This document shows, piece by piece, positions 10,033 through 18,818 of a DNA stretch of 64,000 nucleotides. Every line of letters begins with the position of its first letter. The stretch's first letter is position 1. The notes beneath the pieces are model-generated. The model did no database searches and was not told the origin of the DNA. It worked only from the letters and a program-made list of their open reading frames with translations. Source of the stretch: Bacillota bacterium (GTDB lineage: Bacteria > Bacillota > Clostridia > Peptostreptococcales > Anaerovoracaceae); contig JAUNQD010000002.1 in NCBI GenBank assembly GCA_030536355.1, positions 920 through 64,919 on the forward strand, read 5' to 3'. The position numbers and the translations under genes are program-made.

Positions 10033-10458
10033 CTAAAACACCGCCGCCTGTTCAGCTTCCGGTTCTGCAAAAGCCTCTTCCGGTACCATCTCCTGTGGAA
10101 CAGGCTCATCAAACGATTCTTCACGCGCGGGACTCTGCACGAATCCATCATTCACTCCCGCGGGCATTGCCTGCTGAGGCAAAGGTGCCGCTGATGGTTC
10201 TTCCCTTTTGAAGCGATTCTCCATTCGACGCTTCTTCATCAAGTCAAACATTTGCCTCATCTCTTTCTCATGTAGAGTCACACCCCTGGACATGTGTTCA
10301 TGGTCAAGATCCCAGTCGCGTATATCATACTTGGGCTGTCCTCCGTTCCATCTTACGATATTCAGTTCCTTGTTCCATCCTGTAGAATGTGTAGACAGCA
10401 CTCCGATATGCTCCAAGATCTCGAAGCGCACTTCTCTGTCAAATCCACTGTTCATCAT
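10033..10458 (-). CDS. YdbC/PC4-like ssDNA-binding protein with acidic C-terminal tail
   Basis: FEILEHIGVLS..GWNKELNIVRWNGGQPKYDIRDW..HEHMSRGVTL is the PC4/YdbC signature. Confidence 0.85.
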   Translation of the reverse strand: MMNSGFDREVRFEILEHIGVLSTHSTGWNKELNIVRWNGGQPKYDIRDWDLDHEHMSRGVTLHEKEMRQMFDLMKKRRMENRFKREEPSAAPLPQQAMPAGVNDGFVQSPAREESFDEPVPQEMVPEEAFAEPEAEQAAVF

Positions 10459-10523
10459 TGTTTTAAATCTCCTTTCATCTTCAATTGTAAAATAATTGAA
10501 ACAATACCACTTATTGTAACCAT

Positions 10524-10552
10524 ATAATACTATAAAAGGAAATTTATGTCAA
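10524..10552 (-). promoter_or_regulatory. sigmaA promoter of PC4-like gene
   Basis: TTGACA-N17-TATTAT. Confidence 0.75.
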
Positions 10553-10576
10553 ATGTATTTTTTATCATTTTATAAT

Positions 10577-10608
10577 AAAAAACGCCGGCGTATTCAAACG
10601 TCGGCGTT
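10577..10608 (-). terminator. Intrinsic terminator after aminotransferase
   Basis: AACGCCGACG/CGCCGGCGTT stem (one G-U) plus T tract on minus strand. Confidence 0.7.
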
Positions 10609-10624
10609 ACTCTCATATTCATTC

Positions 10625-11860
10625 TTACTTCATTGCCGCCTTGATGATGGCCGGCAGTTTTCTGCACTTTTCTTCAGAGATGGATGCTACAGATACTCTC
10701 AGACCTTTAGCAAGCGGTACGATGAACAGTCCCTGCTTCTCAAGCTCTGCGCTTATCTCATCAGGATTATCGCATGGGATGGAGATAAAGAATCCTGCAT
10801 CAAAAGGCACTGTTTCAAGCCCTACTTCCTTAGCAGCCTCTTCGAACGCTCTTCCTCTGGCGATGAGCATATCTCTGTAATGAGCTCTTTCTTCATTTAC
10901 TCTTTCCAGAAGTCCCGGATCACCATAGATCCTTGACAGGATAACCTGTGCCACCTTGGCACTGTTTGACCATGAACCTCTTGAAGAATATTCACAAACC
11001 CTCTTGAATTCTTCTGCGATCTCAGGAGTCTTGGCTACGCAGATCATGGCACCGCATCTTGTTCCGTAGAGAGTGTAAGTCTTTGATAAGCTGTATGCTA
11101 CGATGGAAATGACATTTTCAGGAAGATTTTCGAGCTTAGGCAGGAATCTTCTGTATTCTTCTTCATCGCCTGCGAAATCGATATATGCTGCATCGACTAC
11201 CAGAGCGATAGCCTTGCCGCATTCAGCTGCTTCTGTCAGCACTGCAACAACATTATCCCAATTTTCGAGAGTCAATGAGTATCCTGTAGGGTTATGAGCA
11301 GGTGTGTTCATTATGATAACGAGACTTTCCTGTTCTCCGAGAAGTTCGTTCACCTTGTCTCTGAAAGACTCAGTATTGAACTTTCTTTCAGGAGTAAAGA
11401 ATTCAAATGTATCTATAGATCTTCCGATCTCTCCCGCGATGGTATTGTATGGAGCCCAGTGCCAGTCACTTGTCAGCACCTTATCTCCTCCGTCTGAATA
11501 GTTGGAGATAACATTTCTGAGCGATCCTGTTCCACCCGGTGTGGCTACTGCTTCAGTGAAGCCCTTTGGCTGATGCACTCCGAAGGCAGCCTTCTGTACT
11601 GCTTCCTTGAACGGTGCGATACCGCCGATAGGTGCATAGTCCGCATAATCTCTCGGGCTCAAATGCTTGAACACTTCATCTACTGACGAAAGAACCACCA
11701 AATCTCCGTTATCATCCAGCAGCGAACCAATGGTCGCATTGATAACTGCATCAGGACCCTTTTCTGCGATCATAGCTTTCGCTCTGTTGCTTATTCCGAA
11801 AATCTTATCTTCATGTGGAATGTTTCTGCCATTCCCTCTGGCTAAAATATATTCTGACAC
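10625..11860 (-). CDS. Class I/II PLP-dependent aminotransferase
   Basis: ATPGGTGSL, NTPAHNPTG, VDAAY, YSLSKTYTLYGTRCG (PLP Lys); start moved to GTG 11860 behind GAGGTG. Confidence 0.85.
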   Translation of the reverse strand: MSEYILARGNGRNIPHEDKIFGISNRAKAMIAEKGPDAVINATIGSLLDDNGDLVVLSSVDEVFKHLSPRDYADYAPIGGIAPFKEAVQKAAFGVHQPKGFTEAVATPGGTGSLRNVISNYSDGGDKVLTSDWHWAPYNTIAGEIGRSIDTFEFFTPERKFNTESFRDKVNELLGEQESLVIIMNTPAHNPTGYSLTLENWDNVVAVLTEAAECGKAIALVVDAAYIDFAGDEEEYRRFLPKLENLPENVISIVAYSLSKTYTLYGTRCGAMICVAKTPEIAEEFKRVCEYSSRGSWSNSAKVAQVILSRIYGDPGLLERVNEERAHYRDMLIARGRAFEEAAKEVGLETVPFDAGFFISIPCDNPDEISAELEKQGLFIVPLAKGLRVSVASISEEKCRKLPAIIKAAMK

Positions 11861-11894
11861 TTTTGTCACCTCTCAAAAAATTCAAATCCCAATC

Positions 11895-11923
11895 ATAATA
11901 TCACGGCAATCGGCTATTTACAA
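11895..11923 (-). promoter_or_regulatory. sigmaA promoter of aminotransferase
   Basis: TTGTAA-N17-TATTAT with TGn extension. Confidence 0.65.
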
Positions 11924-12008
11924 GTAATTAGCAGTATTAAAATTAGTTTCATGGCAGTATTAAAACTGCCGACCCTGTCGATAATAACTCCACAGGAGGT
12001 AAATATAT

Positions 12009-12659
12009 ATGAGATCAGATAAAAAAACGAGCAGTAAACCCGCTGCCGCCTTGGTGCTGTGTTTTTGTCTCATGGCACTTGTTTCTGTGCTGGTTGTCAA
12101 AGCCAGCATAGACAAGGTCAAAAACAGCATGGAAACTGCCGATGTTATAAAAAAGCAAGCAGTTGAAGAGATCAATAAAACTACGCCCGAAGTCATCGAT
12201 AGTTTAGATAGCGAAGATGTTCCTCAAAACATTACGGAAAATCCATCTGATTATATTTTCCCCGTAGATGGCGAAATAATAATGGAGTATTCCATGGATA
12301 TGCCCATATATTGGGAGACCCTAGATCAGTACATGGTCCATAAGGGGATCGACATAGCAGCAAAAAAAGAAACGCCCGTGCAGGCATGCGCAGGCGGTAC
12401 AGTTACTAAAATAGATAAAAACAGCAAGATGGGAGTTACCGTTGAAATAAACCATGGCAATGGGATCATCTCTGTATACAGCAACCTTGCCAACGACGGC
12501 CTTATCGAGCTGGGTGAAGTGGTTTCCCAAGGTACAGTCATAGGCAAGATCGGTCAAAGCACCATGTTTGAATTCAACAGTCCCGACCATCTTCATTTTG
12601 AAATGTGGAAAGGCAACGAGCCTGTAGATCCGATAGAATATCTTAAACAACTATCTTAA
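12009..12659 (+). CDS. Membrane-anchored M23 peptidase (SpoIIQ-like architecture)
   Basis: N-terminal TM, HKGID (HxxxD) and HLH (HxH) zinc motifs; AGGAGG RBS. Confidence 0.85.
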   Translation: MRSDKKTSSKPAAALVLCFCLMALVSVLVVKASIDKVKNSMETADVIKKQAVEEINKTTPEVIDSLDSEDVPQNITENPSDYIFPVDGEIIMEYSMDMPIYWETLDQYMVHKGIDIAAKKETPVQACAGGTVTKIDKNSKMGVTVEINHGNGIISVYSNLANDGLIELGEVVSQGTVIGKIGQSTMFEFNSPDHLHFEMWKGNEPVDPIEYLKQLS

Positions 12660-13353
12660 CGTAGTTGATGTTCTTGCCTTTGGCCTTGAACCTTTCTTCA
12701 TACTCGGTTGTTGTGAGTCTTGATTCATAATCGCTGTTGTGAAGGTCTCTGGTTTGTTCTGTTATAGGGAACCCTGTTGCTTCTATTTCTTCCAGCGCAG
12801 AATCATACAGCGGATCATTGTCAGTCTTGAATTCGACGAAACCACCCGGCTTGAGTGCCCATGCATAGTCACGAAGCCTTTCTCTATACGTTAAGCGACG
12901 CTTTGCATGGCGAGCCTTGGGCCAAGGATCGCTAAAGTTGAGATATATGCCTGATAACTGGTTCTCTTCGAAAAGATCGTCCATGCTGTGAACGAAATTC
13001 AACATGAACTTGAGATTGGAAAGGTCAGCTCCGCCTTCGGCCAGCTCTTTCACTTTTTCCAAAGCTCTTAGGATAACGGTCTCCTGGCCTTCTATTGCAA
13101 TGAAGTTCTTGTCCGGATCGGCAAGGGCTTTTTTTATTATGAAGTTTCCTTTACCACATCCTATCTCCAGATAGATATCATTGTTGTTATCAAAATAGTT
13201 TTTGTCCGAAACTGCTTCGCCGTTTTCTCCGTTGACGTCATTCCATTCCTTGTTAAAAGAGCTAATATTCGCGTATTTGACTTCAGGCTGGATCATATAA
13301 TCCTTGCATGCCTGCAGTCTTTCTTCCATGTTTTTCGCTTTTCTCTGTCTCAT
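12643..13353 (-). CDS. trmB: tRNA (guanine-N7)-methyltransferase
   Basis: MRQRK, LEIGCGKG, LNFSDPWPKARHAKRRLT, FKTDN, TTEYE. Confidence 0.95.
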   Translation of the reverse strand: MRQRKAKNMEERLQACKDYMIQPEVKYANISSFNKEWNDVNGENGEAVSDKNYFDNNNDIYLEIGCGKGNFIIKKALADPDKNFIAIEGQETVILRALEKVKELAEGGADLSNLKFMLNFVHSMDDLFEENQLSGIYLNFSDPWPKARHAKRRLTYRERLRDYAWALKPGGFVEFKTDNDPLYDSALEEIEATGFPITEQTRDLHNSDYESRLTTTEYEERFKAKGKNINYVKIVV

Positions 13354-13387
13354 CTATCCGGTCGGCGTTCGCCGAACTCCTTTCGTA

Positions 13388-14191
13388 TTACATAAGTATT
13401 CGCTGCAGAACTATGGCTGCTAAAAACGCCACATAAAGCAGTGATGCTGCCAGGTCTCTCTTCGCCAGTTTCATCCCGTTCATTCTTGTTCTCTTGATAT
13501 TGCCGCCATAGCATCTTGCTTCCATAGCCATGGCAAGATCTTGAGCTATCCTGAATGCACTTATGAAAAGAGGCACCAGTATAGGAATGAGAGCTTTAGC
13601 TCTACTCATCAGGTTCCCGCTTTCAAAATCTGCACCTCTGGCTTGCTGTGCTTTCATGATCTTGTCAGTCTCTTCCATGAGGGTCGGTATGAATCTCAGC
13701 GCGATGGTCATCATCATTGCCAGTTCATGCGCCGGCATGCCTATCCTCTTGAACGGCGAGAGCAATGCTTCTATACCGTCAGTCAAGCTTATCGGTTTTG
13801 TCGTCAATGTCAGAAGAGATGAACCTATTATTAAAAGGATCAATCTGATTGCCATGAATATGGCCGTTCTAAGACCTTCTCTCGTTATCTCGAATATCCA
13901 GAAAGATACCAGCACTTCTCCTTTTATCATGAACATATTGATTATCAATGTGAAGGATATTATCAGAAATACCGGCTTAAGGCCTCTGAGGATGAAGCTG
14001 AGCGGTACTTTTGAAACGATTATCACTGCTGCAAGTCCCGCTGCCGCTATGGCAAATCCGATGAAATCCTGAACCACAAAAAGGGCTACGATATAAAGTA
14101 TCGTTGCCATTATCTTGACCCTCGGATCCAGTTTATGGATCCATGAGCTTCCGGGATAGTATTGTCCAAGAGTTATGTCTCTAATTGCCAT
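13388..14191 (-). CDS. ecfT: ECF transporter transmembrane component T
   Basis: LDPRVK, IALRFIPTL, AQQARG, AMEARCY. Confidence 0.95.
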   Translation of the reverse strand: MAIRDITLGQYYPGSSWIHKLDPRVKIMATILYIVALFVVQDFIGFAIAAAGLAAVIIVSKVPLSFILRGLKPVFLIISFTLIINMFMIKGEVLVSFWIFEITREGLRTAIFMAIRLILLIIGSSLLTLTTKPISLTDGIEALLSPFKRIGMPAHELAMMMTIALRFIPTLMEETDKIMKAQQARGADFESGNLMSRAKALIPILVPLFISAFRIAQDLAMAMEARCYGGNIKRTRMNGMKLAKRDLAASLLYVAFLAAIVLQRILM

Positions 14192-14197
14192 TATCTT

Positions 14198-15052
14198 CTA
14201 ACCTTGCTTTATTATCTTCGCTATCTTATCTGCCGCCTCATCTATGGTAAGGCAAGCACCTTCTATCTTCATTCCCGCCTTGTTGAGCCTTGAAACGATT
14301 TCCATAGAGTCCGGAATATCAAGCCCCATAGCCTTCAGTTCTTCTCCCCTTGAGAAAACTTCCTGAGGAGTTCCTTCCATCACCAGTCTGCCGTGATCCA
14401 TCACCAAGACCTTATCGGACATCCTGGCGATATCATTCATGTTATGCGATACGAGGAAAACGATATTCTTCTCGTTTTCCTGTATAGTCTTTACCATCTC
14501 CAGTATATCTTCGTGGGCCTTAGGATTGAGTCCTGCCGTAGGTTCATCCAAGATCAGCACTTCAGGCTTCATTGCGATGACGCCCGCTATGGCCACTCTT
14601 CGCTTCTGGCCGCCCGACAGTTCAAAGGGCGAAACATTTTTGACGGCATCATAATCAAGTCCCACCATCTCAACAGCTTCTTCAACTCTTCTATCGATCT
14701 CTTCCTGAGAAAGGCCAAGATTGGCAGGACCGAAAGCCACATCCTTGGCAACGGTCTCTTCAAAAAGCTGATACTCAGGATACTGGAATACCAGACCTAT
14801 CTTCCTTCTGATATCTCTCATCACAACGCCGCTTGCCGTGATATCGGTATCGCCGATCACGATAGTGCCCGATTTAGGCTTAAGCAGACCATTGAGGTGC
14901 TGCATCAGAGTCGACTTGCCGGACCCTGTATGTCCGATCACACCAACAAGCTGACCGTCTTCTGCACTGAAGCTCACACCCTCTATGGCAACAGACTCAT
15001 GAGGAAGTCCTTCGCTATATATATGTGTTAATTCTCTTACTTCTATCGACAT
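14198..15052 (-). CDS. ecfA2: ECF transporter ATPase A2
   Basis: [37 protein letters not shown]. Confidence 0.95.
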   Translation of the reverse strand: MSIEVRELTHIYSEGLPHESVAIEGVSFSAEDGQLVGVIGHTGSGKSTLMQHLNGLLKPKSGTIVIGDTDITASGVVMRDIRRKIGLVFQYPEYQLFEETVAKDVAFGPANLGLSQEEIDRRVEEAVEMVGLDYDAVKNVSPFELSGGQKRRVAIAGVIAMKPEVLILDEPTAGLNPKAHEDILEMVKTIQENEKNIVFLVSHNMNDIARMSDKVLVMDHGRLVMEGTPQEVFSRGEELKAMGLDIPDSMEIVSRLNKAGMKIEGACLTIDEAADKIAKIIKQG

Positions 15053-15876
15053 AAGTAATCTACCATCTCATCTATAGTCAAGATGCCTTCCGGAATATCT
15101 ATATCTCTTTCTCTGAGTTTCATGGCAAGATCCACTGCAGGGGGCACTCCAAGGCTAAGTTCCTTAAGTTCTTCTGCTCTTAAAAATATCTCATCAGGAG
15201 TTCCCACCATCTTAATGACCCCATCGTCCATAACGACTATCTTGTCAGCCTGTGCTGCCTCTTCCATGAAGTGAGTTATAAGGAGGACAGTGATGCCTTT
15301 CGCATTCAGCTTTTTAATAACATCCAGGACCTCTTTCCTTCCCCTTGGGTCGAGCATCGCTGTCGGTTCATCGAACACGATGCACTCAGGTTCCATAGCA
15401 ACAGCTCCCGCAATGGCTATGCGCTGCTTCTGTCCGCCTGACAAAAGATGCGGGGCCTTCTTTCTGTGCTCATACATTTCAACGCCCATAAGCGCCTCGT
15501 CAACGCGCATCCTTATCTCATCGGGATCTACGCCCAGATTCTCGGGACCGAACGCCACATCGTCCTCTACGATGGATGATACGATCTGATTATCGGGGTT
15601 TTGGAAAACCATCGCTACCTTCTGGCGAATGTCCCAGATGTTGGCTTCATCAGATGTATCAAGACCATCCACATATATTTTCCCTGATGTCGGCATGAGA
15701 AGCCCGTTGATGTTTTTAGCAAGCGTCGACTTGCCGGAACCATTCTGCCCTATGACAGCCGTGAAGCTGCCCCTTTGCACCTCAAAGCTCACATCATCGA
15801 TTGCCCTTAATGTATGCCCGTCTTCATTCTTAATATAATCAAATACCAGATTTTCTATTTTGATGAAATCTGTCAT
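15043..15876 (-). CDS. ecfA1: ECF transporter ATPase A1
   Basis: [35 protein letters not shown]. Confidence 0.95.
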   Translation of the reverse strand: MTDFIKIENLVFDYIKNEDGHTLRAIDDVSFEVQRGSFTAVIGQNGSGKSTLAKNINGLLMPTSGKIYVDGLDTSDEANIWDIRQKVAMVFQNPDNQIVSSIVEDDVAFGPENLGVDPDEIRMRVDEALMGVEMYEHRKKAPHLLSGGQKQRIAIAGAVAMEPECIVFDEPTAMLDPRGRKEVLDVIKKLNAKGITVLLITHFMEEAAQADKIVVMDDGVIKMVGTPDEIFLRAEELKELSLGVPPAVDLAMKLRERDIDIPEGILTIDEMVDYLCR

Positions 15877-16686
15877 TTAAGCTTCCTCTCCGTAATAGCT
15901 GTCCAGCCATTTCTTCATAGTGTATGTATCTGCCTGTCCCGGCGCAGAATTGCCCTTGCCTGCTGCGAATGTCATGCATGAACCGTATTTTCCTGCAGCA
16001 ACACGAGTAGCTATGCCTGCTTCTCCCATAGCGATCATGATGATAGGGCCGATGTTATTCTTAGTAAGGAAGGCTGATGCCTTCATAACATTTTCTGCAT
16101 CTTTCTTATCTAAAGCTGTAGATGCGAACTTACATATATCCGCTCCCATCACGTACATCTTCTTGACCATATCGACTATCTTGCCGGCCTGTGGAGTTTC
16201 AGACAGTTCGTGATGAGAAAGCATGACCTTGACGCCATGCTTATGAGCCTCATCTATCTGATGTCTGAGCCACTCTGTATCGACTTCTCCGTCAGCCCCT
16301 GCAAATTCGATATCGATTATATCGACGAGCTTGATTTCAGCGGCAAGTCCGTATACGCTTTCAAGCTGACTCTTGGTAAGCTTAAGACTGCCTCCCTGAC
16401 CTTCAGATCTTACTGTAAATATCAGAGGCTTTTCACCTACTATATAATTCACATCATCCAGGATCTTGACCATGTCAAGGTATCCGTTTTTATCGCTCAA
16501 GTAGCTGTCGATATCTTCTATGGCAGAAAAGTAGTAATCTGCTCTCCATTCTACCATGTCGCAAGGCAGCTGCTTCAGATTTTCGCATTCTTCTATTATT
16601 TCCGCCGGATGCTGTGATACTAAAGGTACGACTACTTTAGGACGGCCCGGTCTTAAAACTATATCTCTGATTCTTAATTCATTCAT
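15877..16686 (-). CDS. aroD: Type I 3-dehydroquinate dehydratase
   Basis: PKVVVPL, DMVEWRAD, IFTVRSEGQGG, LSHH, GADICK (Schiff-base Lys), IAMGEAG..R, SAPGQ. Confidence 0.85.
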   Translation of the reverse strand: MNELRIRDIVLRPGRPKVVVPLVSQHPAEIIEECENLKQLPCDMVEWRADYYFSAIEDIDSYLSDKNGYLDMVKILDDVNYIVGEKPLIFTVRSEGQGGSLKLTKSQLESVYGLAAEIKLVDIIDIEFAGADGEVDTEWLRHQIDEAHKHGVKVMLSHHELSETPQAGKIVDMVKKMYVMGADICKFASTALDKKDAENVMKASAFLTKNNIGPIIMIAMGEAGIATRVAAGKYGSCMTFAAGKGNSAPGQADTYTMKKWLDSYYGEEA

Positions 16687-16757
16687 AGTAATATTCCTTC
16701 CTATATTAAAAGGCTAAAGAACATTTTATCATTCTTTAACCTTTTTGGAAAGCCATA

Positions 16758-17321
16758 TTAGTCGTTTTTTGTCGGCTGCCTATATGTAAAATATGCCTTT
16801 GCAGAAGTCTTACACAAAGCCTCCGCCAACAGCAATGCCAAAACCATTCCCACTGCAAACTGTCCGATGTTCCATGGAACGCCGAGTGCTGCCACTACCC
16901 AGTTGCCGTACATGATGCCTTCCGCCGCATAATATCCTGCCGTCATCACAGCTCCCGCCAACACCATGGCAACGATCTCCATAATGACTAAGCAAGCTCT
17001 GCCTGCATCTGTTTTCCTAAAAGCAGCTTCTATGATGAGGCCCATTATTATAGCCATTATGCCTTTGATACAGAAAGTCCACGGTGCCCACGCGGCAAAT
17101 CCCCCCAGAACATCTCCCAGCATGCCGCCAAAAGCCGCTGCCACTGCGCCGTACTTCCATCCTAGAACAAGTACTGCAAGAAAAATAAAAGCATCTCCCG
17201 GATGCACATATCCTTGAGTGAATGGTATCGGTATCCTTATAAATAATATCGCCACCATGATAAGGCACATCATCAGCGCGCACAGCACCACCTTCATTGT
17301 CGCATTAGTTCTTGTATTCAT
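16758..17321 (-). CDS. ECF S component (HmpT/PdxU2-like, probable vitamin B6 or thiamine-precursor specificity)
   Basis: IRIPIP..GYVHPGDAFIF, WAPWTFCIKG; hydrophobic ~187 aa; start moved to ATG 17321 on GAGG RBS. Confidence 0.8.
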   Translation of the reverse strand: MNTRTNATMKVVLCALMMCLIMVAILFIRIPIPFTQGYVHPGDAFIFLAVLVLGWKYGAVAAAFGGMLGDVLGGFAAWAPWTFCIKGIMAIIMGLIIEAAFRKTDAGRACLVIMEIVAMVLAGAVMTAGYYAAEGIMYGNWVVAALGVPWNIGQFAVGMVLALLLAEALCKTSAKAYFTYRQPTKND

Positions 17322-17352
17322 AATAAAACCTCTTTTCAAGCGAAATTGTTTG

Positions 17353-17397
17353 CTGTATACTATGATAAACTATAATTGTATATAAATTAATATACAG
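17353..17397. promoter_or_regulatory. Candidate MocR operator (two direct half-sites plus one inverted)
   Basis: CTGTATA 17353, TTGTATA 17376, TATACAG 17391 in the divergent intergenic gap. Confidence 0.5.
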
Positions 17398-17435
17398 AAA
17401 TAATTATTTTTATAATAACAGTTAGGAGTTATTCG

Positions 17436-18818
17436 ATGAAAGCCATACTTCCTACTCTAGATGAAAATCGAAAAAGACCATATTACCTGCAGCTATATGA
17501 CTATATCAGCAACGCGATCATCCGCGGAGATATCCTGGAAGGAGAGAAGCTCCCATCCCTTAGAAACCTTGCAAAATCAACGGGTCTGTCTATTACCACC
17601 ATAGAACAGTGCTACAACCAGCTGCTTGTGGAGGGCTACATATTCAGCAAAGCCCAGTCAGGCTACTATGTCAGCAAGGTATTCCCACACTCCGAAACAA
17701 CTGTACCTGTAGAAAAAGGCTTATCTGTTCCACAGTATTCAGATATGCAAAGCGCACTTGCCGATGAGCCGAAAGTTTTCAGGCACGACCCGGGGTGTTT
17801 TGATTTCAACAAGTGGAAGAAGTGCATGAACAAAATACTTACGGAGTATTCATCTACTCTTTTCTTCGAAGGTGACCCCCAGGGAGAATCTGTCCTTCGG
17901 CGTGAGATAGCCCGCTACCTTTACATATCAAGAGGCGTATCCTGTAGTCCGGAACAGATAATCATCGGTGCAGGTACACAACAGATCACCAATCATCTAG
18001 CAACGATTTTGAGAAAGCTGGGTATCGAGCATGTATCTCTTGAGTCTCCGGGATATCTTCCTGTAAGAAACATCTTCCGAGACAGAGGCTTCAGTATCAC
18101 AGATGTTGTCGTAGCAGACGACGGTCTAGTGATCGAAAAGCTTCCTGCCAACGTCAGGACAGCTGCGTATCTCAGCCCTTCAAACAATATGTTCACCGGT
18201 GCCGTGATGCCCGTGGGCAGAAGGTATGAGCTTTTGAACTGGGCAAAGGCAAACGATAGCTACATCATCGAAGATGACTACGACAGCGAGCTTAGATATT
18301 TCGGAAAACCGATACCTGCCCTCAAAAGTCTTGAAAACAGTGACAGAGTCATATACCTCGGGTCTTTTTCCAGTACGTTGTTTGCCGCTGTCAAAATAAG
18401 TTACATGGTCCTCCCTGCTGAAATGGCATGGCTGTTTTCTTCTATGGCTGCTGACTATTCTCAGACTTGCTCCAAGCTGGAACAGCTCACCTTGGCCCTT
18501 TTCATGGAAACCGGAAATTACAGGACCCATATCAAAAAGCTCAGAAATCTGTATTCACAAAAGCTGGATCTTGTGACCGATACCCTTGATCAGGCAGCAT
18601 CTGATTTCATCGAAGTAAGGAACACCTCTTCCGGTATGAATATCGTACTTAAAGTCACTTCGTCCAAGTCTTCGGAACAATTAAAAAAGGAAGCCGAAAG
18701 TCTCGGCCTCCCTATATCCGTCCTTGAAGACGATTTATTTATATTTTATTACAATCAGCTTCCTCTTGCTGAGATACCTGATCTTCTGAAATCCCTGGCA
18801 GCTCTATGGCACTCATAA
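17436..18818 (+). CDS. MocR/GabR-family (PdxR-like) transcription factor
   Basis: N-terminal wHTH YLQLY..GEKLPSLRNLA..LLVEGYI; AAT-like domain IIEDDYDSELRY. Confidence 0.92.
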   Translation: MKAILPTLDENRKRPYYLQLYDYISNAIIRGDILEGEKLPSLRNLAKSTGLSITTIEQCYNQLLVEGYIFSKAQSGYYVSKVFPHSETTVPVEKGLSVPQYSDMQSALADEPKVFRHDPGCFDFNKWKKCMNKILTEYSSTLFFEGDPQGESVLRREIARYLYISRGVSCSPEQIIIGAGTQQITNHLATILRKLGIEHVSLESPGYLPVRNIFRDRGFSITDVVVADDGLVIEKLPANVRTAAYLSPSNNMFTGAVMPVGRRYELLNWAKANDSYIIEDDYDSELRYFGKPIPALKSLENSDRVIYLGSFSSTLFAAVKISYMVLPAEMAWLFSSMAADYSQTCSKLEQLTLALFMETGNYRTHIKKLRNLYSQKLDLVTDTLDQAASDFIEVRNTSSGMNIVLKVTSSKSSEQLKKEAESLGLPISVLEDDLFIFYYNQLPLAEIPDLLKSLAALWHS

